From an uncultured Gammaproteobacteria bacterium (GTDB lineage Bacteria; Patescibacteriota; Microgenomatia; Daviesbacterales; UBA10151), in assembly GCA_964547465.1 (NCBI GenBank), contig CAZJNI010000002.1:6043-70042 (forward strand): DNA of 64,000 nt. Direction: 5' to 3'. Each line of letters begins with the position of its first letter. The first letter of the stretch is position 1. Shown here in pieces: positions 38,893-47,911 of the stretch. The position numbers were made by a program, and so were the translations under genes. Under the pieces are notes generated by a model. That model searched no databases. It was not told the DNA's origin and was given only the letters and a program-made list of their open reading frames with translations.

Positions 38893-38964
38893 TGCGGTGG
38901 TAGTTCAGCAGCAGAATGTCTCCTTCCCAAGGAGAAGGTCGGGGGTGCAAATCCCCTCCACCGC
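38893..38964 (+). tRNA. tRNA-Gly (anticodon CCC)
   Basis: Manual fold: acceptor GCGGTGG/CCACCGC, anticodon stem TCTCC/GGAGA with loop TTCCCAA, T-arm GGGGG-TGCAAAT-CCCCT. Confidence 0.75.
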
Positions 38965-38976
38965 TCAGCGAGATCA

Positions 38977-40524
38977 ATGCCTAAGTTTTCTTGGCTCATT
39001 CTAATTTTCTTTTTGGCTTACTTTCTGCTGGGTCTTTTTATCTTTAGAGATTACGGATCTTATTGGGATGAACCAAGGGATAGACTTACAGGTATAGTTG
39101 CCTTAAAATTTGTGCTATTTAAAGACCCGGAGCTATTTTCTTACAGGGACCGCTACTATGGAACTGCTTTTCAGCTGCCGTTGGTTGCTTTGGAAAAATG
39201 GTTGAGAATTGATAGTCCTCCTGAAATTTATTTTTTAAGACACTTTTCCACCTTTTTATTATTTTTTATAGCGGTTTTTATTTTTTACCTGCTTTGTAAA
39301 GACTATTTCAAAAACTTTTGGATTGGGGTTTTGGGTGCAACTTTTTTGATTTTAAGTCCCAGAATTTTTGCTGATAGTTTTTATAATTCAAAGGATCTAG
39401 TGTTGCTTTCTGCTTTTATCATTAGCTCTTATACAATGTATCGCTTTATCAAAAGTCCCAATATCCTTTGGTCCACCCTTCATGCAGCAGCCTGTGCCTT
39501 TGCTGTTGACGTCAGATTAGTAGGATTACTTATCCCGGGATTTACGGCTCTGTTTATATTATTTGATGTTATAGTCTCACCTGCTTTTGGTGGTTTCTTA
39601 AAAACAAAAGTAATTCCTCTTGGTATCTTCATTCTATTTTTTTGGCTATTTGTCATTCTTTTCTGGCCCTTTCTCTGGAGAAATTCCCTTACAAACTTTA
39701 TTGACGCTATCGGTTTTATGAGTAAGTTTGAAGCTTATGGAGGAACAGTTTTGTACCTTGGTCAATTTATAAAGGCAAATCAAGTTCCCTGGCATTACAT
39801 TCCTGTCTGGATCTTTTTTACTACCCCGTTGCTTTATACATTGCTATTTCTTGTGGGGATGCTGAAAACACTTATAAGACTTAGGTACCATTTGAGAGCC
39901 ACTTACCGTAAAGAAAAGATCCTCCTGCTATCACTTCTTTGGCTACTAATTCCCTGGGTTTTAGTTATTAACTCTCATAATGAGCTCTATGACGGCTGGA
40001 GACATTTTTATTTTATCTATCCGGCCTTTTTATTAATAGCTCTTTATGGTTTTTACGCTATCTGGGAATTATTTAAAAATGTAAAATTTGCAAAGGTTGC
40101 GGCCGTTATAGTTATTTTGGGTAATTTTGCCTGGGTTGGGCGCTTCATGGTTATTAATCATCCTTATCAATATCTTTATTTTAATGAGGCTATTGGGGGA
40201 ATGGAAAATGCCAAAAAGAATTTTGATCTTGATTATTGGGGTTTAACTTTTAAAAAGGGGTTAGAATTTATAGCACAAGAGGATCAGGGTAGCGCCATAC
40301 CTTATATGCTTGAATTTGGATCAGCAGGGAATGTACAAATTTTACCAAAAAAGGATTGGGAACGCTTTGTATTCATTTATGATTTCCAAAAGATGGATCA
40401 AGCTAAATATATCTTAAGCAATTATCGTTGGCATCCGCAGGATTATCAAGGTCAGAACGAGATTTATAGCCTTAAGATAGATAAGACTAAAGTTATGAGT
40501 GTATTTAAGGCTCCATTTAAATAA
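38977..40524 (+). CDS. GT-C family membrane glycosyltransferase, ArnT/PMT (GT39/GT83)-like
   Basis: N-terminal FRDYGSYWDEPRDRLTGIV is like the ArnT/PMT DE motif region. About 12 TM helices. 515 aa. Confidence 0.5.
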   Translation: MPKFSWLILIFFLAYFLLGLFIFRDYGSYWDEPRDRLTGIVALKFVLFKDPELFSYRDRYYGTAFQLPLVALEKWLRIDSPPEIYFLRHFSTFLLFFIAVFIFYLLCKDYFKNFWIGVLGATFLILSPRIFADSFYNSKDLVLLSAFIISSYTMYRFIKSPNILWSTLHAAACAFAVDVRLVGLLIPGFTALFILFDVIVSPAFGGFLKTKVIPLGIFILFFWLFVILFWPFLWRNSLTNFIDAIGFMSKFEAYGGTVLYLGQFIKANQVPWHYIPVWIFFTTPLLYTLLFLVGMLKTLIRLRYHLRATYRKEKILLLSLLWLLIPWVLVINSHNELYDGWRHFYFIYPAFLLIALYGFYAIWELFKNVKFAKVAAVIVILGNFAWVGRFMVINHPYQYLYFNEAIGGMENAKKNFDLDYWGLTFKKGLEFIAQEDQGSAIPYMLEFGSAGNVQILPKKDWERFVFIYDFQKMDQAKYILSNYRWHPQDYQGQNEIYSLKIDKTKVMSVFKAPFK

Positions 40525-40591
40525 ATTACCCAAATTTCTACATATCTACTTAATTTCTTGTATAATTTTATCTGTGCCATGGAGATTGTAG

Positions 40592-40663
40592 GCCGACTTG
40601 GCTCAATGGTAGAGCAGCTGTTTCGTAAACAGCAGGTCACTGGTTCGATTCCAGTAGTCGGCT
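40592..40663 (+). tRNA. tRNA-Thr (anticodon CGT)
   Basis: Manual fold: acceptor GCCGACT/AGTCGGC, D-arm GCTC-AATGGTA-GAGC, anticodon stem GCTGT/ACAGC with loop TTCGTAA, T-arm ACTGG-TTCGATT-CCAGT. Confidence 0.85.
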
Positions 40664-40679
40664 CAAAAATACCGTATCG

Positions 40680-42497
40680 TTATTTACTCGCCTCAATTAG
40701 GCCTTGTCTGGCAAATTGATTTTGAGGATCCAAAGATAGAACTTGATTAAAAATTTGTTTTGCTTTTTCTTTATCACTTTTAGCCAGATAAACTATCCCT
40801 AAATTATTTACTAAATTTAAATTTTTAGGATTAACCATAATGGCTTTTTGAATATATTGCAGTGCTAAATCATATTGTTTTTGGTCAAAATATAAAGCGG
40901 CTATATTTTGAAAGGACTGCCAGAGGTTTGGATTTATTTTGGCTGCCATTTGGTAACTTTCCATTGCCTTGTCCATTTGACCCATTTCCCTGTAGGTATT
41001 TCCCAGGTTATGATAAGCATCAGCATAGTTTGGTTTTAGCTCAATTGCCCTGCTAAATTCCCTCAAAGCTCCTTCCTTATCGCCGCGTCGTCCGTACACA
41101 TCCCCTAAATTATTGTGTGTATTAGGAGAAGAAGGGGAGGTTTTGCCTGTTGCTATCCAGAGATTATCTTCGTTTTGCCAGTCTATCCCTCTAAAAAAGG
41201 TTCTGACAGACAAGGCCAGAATTATTAAAACAAAAATAATATAAAGTGTATTAGTAAACTTTTTCCTAAGTAAAATTAACTTGTCCAATCCTAAAGCCAG
41301 AAGAGTGAAAATACCTATACTCGGTAAATAAATATACCTTTCTGCTACTATCCAGTTTAACCTGAATGGGGTGAGAGTTGGGGATAGAGCAATTATAAAA
41401 AAGGATAACCAGAAGAAAGTAGATTTATCTTTTTTGAATCCAACAAGAATAAGTCCAAAAAATGCCAGAGTTAATAAAGCTCTCATGGCAAATGAAAAAT
41501 TACCAAAAGCAAGTTCAGAATGATAAAGGGTTAAAATTTTGGGGAAAAATATTAATTCTGCATAAGATGAGATAGCAATTGGAATTTGAATTAAGGGATT
41601 ATCTACACCTTTTTCCTGATAATGGACAGTCTGCAAAGTTGTTTCTCTTTCAGGTAAAGCAGCAAGGTTCACAAAAACATAAACAAGAGCAAGTATTAAA
41701 AAGGGGATAAATTTAAACCAGTTCTTCTTAAGGCTTCTAAAGCAAAAATCATACAAAGGATAGATTACAAAAAGCGCTGCAGGCATCACAGGGTGCGACA
41801 TTAAAGATAGAAGATAGAAGATAGAAGATAGAATATAGAAAAGCTTTTTTTCTGAAGATAAAATATAAAACAGAAATGATAAAAGGAAAAAGAAGCTATA
41901 TTGTGCATACATGCCTCCGGAAATCCAAAGCACAGCTTCTGCGATAGCCGGATGCACTGCAAACAAGGCGGAGGCAAAAAGAGCAATTCTTTTTGATTTG
42001 TATATTAGAAAAATAATAAAGTAGACAAGATAAGAAGACAAAAGATGGAAAATTAAATTAGTAAGCCTGAACGTAAAAGGATTAACTCCTCCAATGTGTA
42101 CAGATGCCCAATAAATAAAATGTCTGATTGGCCCAAAGGGATATTGCAATATGCGGGAAAAGTCTGCTATTTCAGGTTTTTGAGCAATTTCTGCAATATC
42201 ATCAGATATAAAGGCATTATTTAGAAAATATGTATAAGTAAAAATTACCAGTAGGCTTAAGATTAAAAGGTTGATCCAGTGATTTTTAATCCAGGATTTT
42301 TTATCAATATGATTTGGAGGGGTGCGATTATTTTTGTGTCTTTTTAAGAAAATATTCAATTTTTCCTTACCCCATTTTTTGCCTAAATAACTTAAAATTT
42401 CTTCTCTGGGGAGCGTTAAATTACCGGCAATTTCCTCTATAGTTTGCTCCTTGAGGTGTTTTTTTAGATAACTTTTTTGACTATGGGTAAGTTGCAT
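40680..42497 (-). CDS. Membrane protein with a PMT/ArnT-like multi-TM N-domain fused to C-terminal TPR repeats (TMTC-like architecture)
   Basis: C-terminal TPRs (NLGDVYGRRGDKEGALREF..AIELKPNYADAYHNLGNTYREMGQMDKA..). More than 10 TM helices. Confidence 0.6.
   Translation of the reverse strand: MQLTHSQKSYLKKHLKEQTIEEIAGNLTLPREEILSYLGKKWGKEKLNIFLKRHKNNRTPPNHIDKKSWIKNHWINLLILSLLVIFTYTYFLNNAFISDDIAEIAQKPEIADFSRILQYPFGPIRHFIYWASVHIGGVNPFTFRLTNLIFHLLSSYLVYFIIFLIYKSKRIALFASALFAVHPAIAEAVLWISGGMYAQYSFFFLLSFLFYILSSEKKLFYILSSIFYLLSLMSHPVMPAALFVIYPLYDFCFRSLKKNWFKFIPFLILALVYVFVNLAALPERETTLQTVHYQEKGVDNPLIQIPIAISSYAELIFFPKILTLYHSELAFGNFSFAMRALLTLAFFGLILVGFKKDKSTFFWLSFFIIALSPTLTPFRLNWIVAERYIYLPSIGIFTLLALGLDKLILLRKKFTNTLYIIFVLIILALSVRTFFRGIDWQNEDNLWIATGKTSPSSPNTHNNLGDVYGRRGDKEGALREFSRAIELKPNYADAYHNLGNTYREMGQMDKAMESYQMAAKINPNLWQSFQNIAALYFDQKQYDLALQYIQKAIMVNPKNLNLVNNLGIVYLAKSDKEKAKQIFNQVLSLDPQNQFARQGLIEASK
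41806..41840. repeat. Tandem heptanucleotide repeat (GATAGAA x4 plus TATAGAA) inside the TPR-membrane protein coding sequence
   Basis: Seen directly in sequence. The unit length is not a multiple of 3. Confidence 0.85.
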
Positions 42498-42546
42498 GCA
42501 TTATAGATATTAAATCTTTCTTTTTTGGATGAAAAGAGTGGAAAAG

Positions 42547-43212
42547 TTATCTGGGTATAGTTAGAACCTGGCCGGGTTCAATAAGATCAGGATTTGCAAT
42601 ATTATTTGCTTTGGCAATCCGATCATAGGCGTAAATATTACCATAAGCTCTGCCTGCAATCTTTGATAGCCAGTCACCTTCGACTACGGTGTAGGTATTA
42701 GATGTAATTTCAGGACCCCAACTCTGTTGCATCATAGTGACATCCGGAGCCCCTTTTGATCCGGGTGCAGCATTAGATGGTTCCTCTATTGCAGGAGCTT
42801 CAGATAAGACTGGTACCTCTTCTATTTTTGGTATTTCCAAAACCTGACCTACCTCAATCTGATCAGGATTTGAGATATTGTTAGCTTTGGCAATTTCTGT
42901 GAATTTATATCCGTCTTTGTAATATTTTTCAGCGACAGTAAATAAGGTGTCATCTTCTTTAACAGTATATTTTCCGGGTAAATTTTCAGGGGAAACATCT
43001 TCTTCCATTTGGGTTTGTTGGGCCGGACCTAAATCTGCACTATTTTTGTTAAAGTAATTAAAAACTAAAATCCCCACAACTAAAACAATCAAAGCACCTA
43101 AAATCATGCTCAACCTTGATTGATTAGACTCAACTTGACCTTCCAGTTTTTCAACATAACTTTCATAAACTGGAGTTGCCCCATTTTTTTTATTTGAAGT
43201 TTTTCTTGCCAT
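42547..43212 (-). CDS. LysM-domain protein (two LysM repeats, N-terminal TM anchor)
   Basis: Two copies of the YTV.E.D.L..IA...Y.....IA.AN.I.NPD.I..GQVL.IP LysM pattern. Confidence 0.8.
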   Translation of the reverse strand: MARKTSNKKNGATPVYESYVEKLEGQVESNQSRLSMILGALIVLVVGILVFNYFNKNSADLGPAQQTQMEEDVSPENLPGKYTVKEDDTLFTVAEKYYKDGYKFTEIAKANNISNPDQIEVGQVLEIPKIEEVPVLSEAPAIEEPSNAAPGSKGAPDVTMMQQSWGPEITSNTYTVVEGDWLSKIAGRAYGNIYAYDRIAKANNIANPDLIEPGQVLTIPR

Positions 43213-43330
43213 TTTTTTTGGAGCAGTTTAGTTTAAGGAGCAGAATTACAAAGCATTTTTATCCTATAAACGAAAGTTTGTCAAGGGGCAATTATGTAAA
43301 CTAATTGCCTCAAGGGGGCAAATCTGCGGG

Positions 43331-43355
43331 CCACGTTCATGTAAACTGAACGTGG
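43331..43355 (-). terminator. Hairpin CCACGTTCA-tgtaaac-TGAACGTGG directly abutting and including the encoded CCA of tRNA-Asp (no U tract)
   Basis: Perfect 9-bp inverted repeat seen directly. Core ACGTTCA..TGAACGT is shared with the 27567 and 56724 elements. Confidence 0.35.
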
Positions 43356-43428
43356 CGGGGCCGACGGGAATCGAACCCGCTATCTTCTCCGTGACAGGGA
43401 GACGTGATGACCGGTTCACTACGGCCCC
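43353..43428 (-). tRNA. tRNA-Asp (anticodon GTC), CCA encoded
   Basis: Manual fold of the reverse complement: acceptor GGGGCCG/CGGCCCC, D-arm GTGA-ACCGGTCA-TCAC, anticodon stem TCTCC/GGAGA with loop CTGTCAC, T-arm GCGGG-TTCGATT-CCCGT, then GCCA. Confidence 0.85.
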
Positions 43429-43449
43429 AACTTCTGATATATTAGCATC

Positions 43450-45216
43450 ATGGAGTATTCTAATCAACGTCTGGCTAAGATGCTTAGGAGTGTGGCTGCT
43501 GCCTACACTATCAAGAAAATTGGTAATATTTTTCAAATCAGGGCTTATGAAAATGCAGCTGATTCTATAGAGAATTCAACAGTTGAAGTTTCGGATCTGT
43601 GGCAGGAAGGTAAGCTGGATCAGGTTCCTGGTGTGGGGGAAAGCCTTAAAGGATATTTGGATGAGCTTTTTAAAACAGGTCAGGTTAAACATTTTGAAGC
43701 AGTAAAAAAAGGTATACCTGATGTGGTTTTTGACCTGTTGGATGTTTCCGGTGTTGGACCCAAGACTGCTCAAAACTTAGCAAATTTGGGGGTTTCCAGC
43801 CTGGATGAGTTAAAAAGATGGATAAAGAGTGGAGAATTGGTACGAAAAGGTTTTTCTTCCAAGCTGGCCCAAAATATCATGGGTGGTTTGCATGAGTTGA
43901 ATCAGCGGGATAACAGGATGCTTTTGCCTTATGCTGCAGTCCAGGCTGAAAAGATTTTGGATTACCTTAAAAAATCAAAGGATGTTTTGGATGCTCACCC
44001 GCTAGGATCACTCCGTAGAATGGTAGCAACAGTTGGAGATTTAGATTTTTCCGCTTCCTCAAAAAATCCCAAAGTTGTGGTTGATTATTTTTGTAAAATG
44101 CCTGCTATTGCCAGAATTTTAGATCAGGGTATAAACAAGGCTACAATTGTACTTAAAAGCGGTGTTCAGGCAGATTTATTAGTTGGTGAGCCTGATTCTT
44201 ACGGAGCCCTTCTACAGCATTTTACAGGCTCTAAAGCCCACAATATTAAGTTAAGGACACTGGCAATTGGGAAAGGGTACTCTTTATCAGAACATGGAGT
44301 TAGACGAACTGAAGGTGGAAGATTGAAGGTGGAAGATGGAAAGCTCATAAAAACAGAAACAGAGGAGGAGTTTTATAAATTATTGGGTATGGATGTGCCT
44401 GCTCCGGAGTTAAGAGAAGATACTGGGGAGATTGAGGCCTCATTAGAGCATAAACTACCCCGGCTGGTAAGTTCAGATGATATTAAGGGAGATCTTCATC
44501 TTCATTCCAATTTCCCAATCGAGAAGCCATCACATGCTCCTGGAGTTGATTCCATCGAAGAAATCATTAGAAAAGCAATGAAGTTAGGCTATATGTATGT
44601 GGGCATCTCAGACCATTCTCCCAGTTTTAATTTAAGTAAGGATAAAATAGTAGCAACAATTGAAAAGAGGACAAAATTTATTCAACAATTAAAACAGAGG
44701 ACAAAAAGTATTCGAGTACTAAATGGACTCGAAATAGATATATTACCCAATGGAGCATTGAGTATTCCAGATGAGGCTTTGGAAACTTTAGATTATTGTA
44801 TTGCCGGCATTCACTCCGGGCACAGAGGCGAGAAAGATGTAATTACTAAAAGATTAATCTCTGCCTTAAATTCTCCTCATGTTGATATTATTTCTCATCC
44901 AACTAATCGATTATTAAATGAAAGAGATTCATCTGATGCAGATTGGGAAGAGATTTTTAAACTGGCAGCCAAAAATGGAAAGATTTTGGAAATTAATGCA
45001 TACCCAAACAGGTTGGATTTAAGGGATGATCTGGTAAGAATGGCCAAAAATTATGGGGTGAAATTTATTATCAACACAGATGCTCATCGAATAGAACAAA
45101 TGGATAATATGAAATTTGGGGTGGCTGTTGCCAGGCGTGGCTGGGCTGAAAAAAAAGATATTGTAAATAGCTGGAACTGGACAGATTTTGCAAAATGGTT
45201 TAAGATACAACTATGA
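43450..45216 (+). CDS. polX: DNA polymerase X family protein with C-terminal PHP phosphoesterase domain (PolX)
   Basis: N-terminal Pol-beta-like HhH/NT domain ([10 protein letters not shown]). PHP motifs LHLHSNFP and GISDHS. 588 aa. Confidence 0.8.
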   Translation: MEYSNQRLAKMLRSVAAAYTIKKIGNIFQIRAYENAADSIENSTVEVSDLWQEGKLDQVPGVGESLKGYLDELFKTGQVKHFEAVKKGIPDVVFDLLDVSGVGPKTAQNLANLGVSSLDELKRWIKSGELVRKGFSSKLAQNIMGGLHELNQRDNRMLLPYAAVQAEKILDYLKKSKDVLDAHPLGSLRRMVATVGDLDFSASSKNPKVVVDYFCKMPAIARILDQGINKATIVLKSGVQADLLVGEPDSYGALLQHFTGSKAHNIKLRTLAIGKGYSLSEHGVRRTEGGRLKVEDGKLIKTETEEEFYKLLGMDVPAPELREDTGEIEASLEHKLPRLVSSDDIKGDLHLHSNFPIEKPSHAPGVDSIEEIIRKAMKLGYMYVGISDHSPSFNLSKDKIVATIEKRTKFIQQLKQRTKSIRVLNGLEIDILPNGALSIPDEALETLDYCIAGIHSGHRGEKDVITKRLISALNSPHVDIISHPTNRLLNERDSSDADWEEIFKLAAKNGKILEINAYPNRLDLRDDLVRMAKNYGVKFIINTDAHRIEQMDNMKFGVAVARRGWAEKKDIVNSWNWTDFAKWFKIQL

Positions 45217-45761
45217 TAACTTACATTATTGTGGGGGTTATTGTACTTTTAGCTTTCTGGTTACTCGCAACTTACAATTCTTTGATAACTTTAAGAAATA
45301 GAGTCAGGGAAGCCTGGTCTCAAATTGATGTTCAACTTAAAAGAAGGTCTTCTCTAATTCCAAATTTGGTTGAAGCTGTAAAAGGTTATGTTAAGCACGA
45401 GAAAGGTGTGTTGGAGGAAGTAACAAAGGCCCGTACATCTTTGATGAGCGCTAAAAGTCCGCATGAGGCTGCTGATGCGGATAATATGCTTACTGGTGCT
45501 TTAAAATCCCTTTTTGCTGTGGCGGAGAATTATCCAAATCTTAAAGCATCGGAAAATTTTATTAAGCTTCAGGATGAACTTTCGGATACGGAAACAAAAG
45601 TTGCTGCTTCCAGGCAATTCTATAATACTAATGTTTTAGATTTAAATAATTCTTTGGAAACTATCCCTTCAGCTTGGGTAGGATCTATGTTTGGTTTTAC
45701 TAAAGAGGATTTCTTTAAAGCCTCTGACGAAGAAAAAGCCGATATTAAGGTTAAATTCTAA
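45213..45761 (+). CDS. lemA: LemA family protein
   Basis: N-terminal TM then [35 protein letters not shown], a LemA signature. Adjacent to htpX, a common gene pairing. Confidence 0.8.
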   Translation: MITYIIVGVIVLLAFWLLATYNSLITLRNRVREAWSQIDVQLKRRSSLIPNLVEAVKGYVKHEKGVLEEVTKARTSLMSAKSPHEAADADNMLTGALKSLFAVAENYPNLKASENFIKLQDELSDTETKVAASRQFYNTNVLDLNNSLETIPSAWVGSMFGFTKEDFFKASDEEKADIKVKF

Positions 45762-45819
45762 ATAGATTGCTTCGTTTCGCTCGCAATGACAAGTCAGATT
45801 TGGTAAAATACATCCACAT

Positions 45820-46743
45820 ATGGCAACTATTAATACTGCATGGGATCAAGTTGGGGCAAATACTTTTAAAACATGGTTGATCATGTTTTTCTTTTCAGTC
45901 TTTACTGTAGCTGTGGTATATGTGCTAGCCAGAGGTTTTGGATATGGAGAAGTAGGGGGATTGGGAATAGTGGGATTTGCTCTGATTATGGCTGGGGTGA
46001 TGAATTTTGTATCTTACTTTTACTCAGATAAAATTGTCTTAGGAATTTCCGGAGCTAAACCAATTAAGAAAGAAGATAACCCGGAAATTTACAGAATTGT
46101 GGAGAATCTTTGTATTGCTGGGGGACTACCTTTACCTAAAGTTTATATAATTGATGACACTGCTACCAATGCTTTTGCTACAGGCAGGGATCCAAAACAT
46201 GCAGCTATTGCTTTTACTAAAGGAATTTTACAGAAATTAAATAAACAAGAGTTAGAGGGAGTTACCGCACACGAGCTTTCCCATGTTGGAAATAGAGATA
46301 CTTTGGTGATGGCTGTAGTTTCTATCTTGGTAGGGACAATTGCCCTGTTATCAGATTTTTTTATGAGGAGCATGTGGTATGGATCGCGAGACAGGGAAGG
46401 TAGAGGTAACCAGCTGTTTGTAATTTTGGCTATAGTAGCAGCTATTCTGGCTCCCCTGGTGGCAACCTTGATACAACTGGCAGTTTCAAGAAGAAGAGAA
46501 CTTTTGGCAGATGCATCAGGAGTACTTTTGACACGTTATCCGCAGGGTTTAGCATCAGCCCTGCAAAAGATTTCATCTGATAAAGAGCCTTTAGAAGTAG
46601 CAAATCGTGGCACTGCCCACCTTTACATAATTAATCCTTTAAAAGGACAGGAAGCAAAAGCCTGGTTAGCAGGACTTTTTAACACTCATCCTCCGATTGA
46701 AGCCCGTATAAAAGCCCTGCGCGAAATGGAAGGTAAGGTCTAA
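45820..46743 (+). CDS. htpX: Zinc metalloprotease HtpX (M48)
   Basis: HELSHV (HExxH). Four TM segments. Confidence 0.85.
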   Translation: MATINTAWDQVGANTFKTWLIMFFFSVFTVAVVYVLARGFGYGEVGGLGIVGFALIMAGVMNFVSYFYSDKIVLGISGAKPIKKEDNPEIYRIVENLCIAGGLPLPKVYIIDDTATNAFATGRDPKHAAIAFTKGILQKLNKQELEGVTAHELSHVGNRDTLVMAVVSILVGTIALLSDFFMRSMWYGSRDREGRGNQLFVILAIVAAILAPLVATLIQLAVSRRRELLADASGVLLTRYPQGLASALQKISSDKEPLEVANRGTAHLYIINPLKGQEAKAWLAGLFNTHPPIEARIKALREMEGKV

Positions 46744-47282
46744 GGGTTTTTTTGTCTTTCAATGAATTTTATATTTGTAACTTCATAATCTGGTTCTAGT
46801 AAATAGATAACTATCATAGCGTCTCGATTCTTAATATTTTTGTAAGTTATTATTCTTTTATCCTTTTCATTAAAAAAGGGACGGGGAAAATCATTCGGAT
46901 TAGCTGTCAAGATTACAGATTTGGAAATAAATGCTGTTGCTGCAATTATTTTATCGCAATCTGAAATTTGTGTATCTGATATTCTTTCAGCTCTATATAA
47001 ATCGGCAAGCCAAGCAGCCATAATTAAAACTTGCTTACCGGCATCTAATTGTGTAAATAAGTTAAGAGTTTTAAAAGCTTCGTCTTCTTTGGCTTCGTTG
47101 CATCTTTGGATTGCTTCGTATATGGTAACTTGAGATATTGCTCCAATGAAATTTTGATTACTTGTTAATTCTAAAATATATTTGACAATTTGACTTGATC
47201 TGTTTTGCGGAGAAGTACCTGCAAATTGAATAATATTTGTGTCAATGATAAGGTAGGATTGTTGTGGGGTTGTTTCACTCAT
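46740..47282 (-). CDS. PIN-domain protein (VapC-like nuclease with a ~45-aa C-terminal extension)
   Basis: N-terminal LIIDTNIIQ. Acidic residues in IYEA, DCDKIIAATA and TANPNDF match the PIN catalytic quartet. Confidence 0.6.
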   Translation of the reverse strand: MSETTPQQSYLIIDTNIIQFAGTSPQNRSSQIVKYILELTSNQNFIGAISQVTIYEAIQRCNEAKEDEAFKTLNLFTQLDAGKQVLIMAAWLADLYRAERISDTQISDCDKIIAATAFISKSVILTANPNDFPRPFFNEKDKRIITYKNIKNRDAMIVIYLLEPDYEVTNIKFIERQKNP

Positions 47283-47484
47283 TTAAAGATGGGGGTATAA
47301 ATGTGTCTTTATCTGCAGCCTTTTTGAAAGCATCAAGTATTTGTCTTGGGGATGAGGTTGAAGTAGAGCTTGTACCCACGCTGCTAGCACCTACCTTAAT
47401 AGTTCCAGAGGGTAAATAAATGGAGTTTGTAGAAACAAAGGGTTTTTTAGAGAGTTTTGTTTTGGAAAATTTCTTTTTACTCAT
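47275..47484 (-). CDS. Small ORF (69 aa from MSKKKF...) overlapping the PIN gene start by 8 nt; candidate antitoxin-like partner
   Basis: ORF 47275..47598 trimmed to the internal Met. Lys-rich N-terminus. No recognisable domain. Confidence 0.3.
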   Translation of the reverse strand: MSKKKFSKTKLSKKPFVSTNSIYLPSGTIKVGASSVGTSSTSTSSPRQILDAFKKAADKDTFIPPSLNE

Positions 47485-47551
47485 AGAATCATTATATATC
47501 AAATATTCAATTATTAACAGAGTGGATAAATTAAAGTATAATCCTCTTAAG

Positions 47552-47848
47552 ATGAAATTAACTAAAGATGCTGTTAAACATGTGGCCAAGTTGGCCAACT
47601 TACCTCTGACCGAAGAGGAGGAAGAAAAATATTCAAAGCAGCTTTCTGAAATTTTAGAATATATTGATCAGCTAAATTCTGTTAATACTAAAAATGTAGA
47701 GCCAACTTTTAACGTTTCAGGGCAAGAAAATGTCATGAGTAAAGATGAACTAGGGGACTGTACTATACCTTCTGATGATGCTTTATCAAATGCTTCTAAA
47801 AAGGAAAATGGATTTTTTGTAACTAAAGGAGTTTTTCAAGAGGAGTAA
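47552..47848 (+). CDS. gatC: Asp/Glu-tRNA amidotransferase subunit C
   Basis: MKLTKDAVKHVAKLANLPLTEEE..LSEILEYIDQLNSVNT..VEPT. The ORF's upstream extension is not credible. Confidence 0.8.
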   Translation: MKLTKDAVKHVAKLANLPLTEEEEEKYSKQLSEILEYIDQLNSVNTKNVEPTFNVSGQENVMSKDELGDCTIPSDDALSNASKKENGFFVTKGVFQEE

Positions 47849-47852
47849 TTAC

Positions 47853-47902
47853 TAGGTCGCACCTTAGTTCAGGTGCGTCCTAGGTTAAGGTGCGACCTGA
47901 AC
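47853..47902. repeat. Structured gatC-gatA spacer: arm AGGTCGCACCT (47854-64) is complementary to two downstream direct repeats, AGGTGCGtCCT (47871-81) and AGGTGCGACCT (47888-98); further GTTCAGG/CCTGAAC pairing
   Basis: Seen directly. Geometry permits two mutually exclusive hairpins. Confidence 0.6.
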
Positions 47903-47911
47903 AGATAAGAT

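Noticed and set aside
38781-38999. ORF 38781..38999 (-)
   Set aside because: Overlaps tRNA-Gly.
41801-41986. ORF 41801..41986 (-)
   Set aside because: An alternative frame across the heptamer repeat within the larger TPR-membrane gene. The repeat creates spurious open frames.
43264-43570. ORFs 43264..43536 (-) and 43352..43570 (+)
   Set aside because: They overlap the tRNA-Asp gene and its terminal hairpin, and the second runs into the PolX start. No coding features.
47420-47551. Long N-terminal extension of gatC (ORF starting 47420)
   Set aside because: The GatC homology begins at MKLTKD (47552). The extension would overlap the small minus-strand ORF and has no homology.
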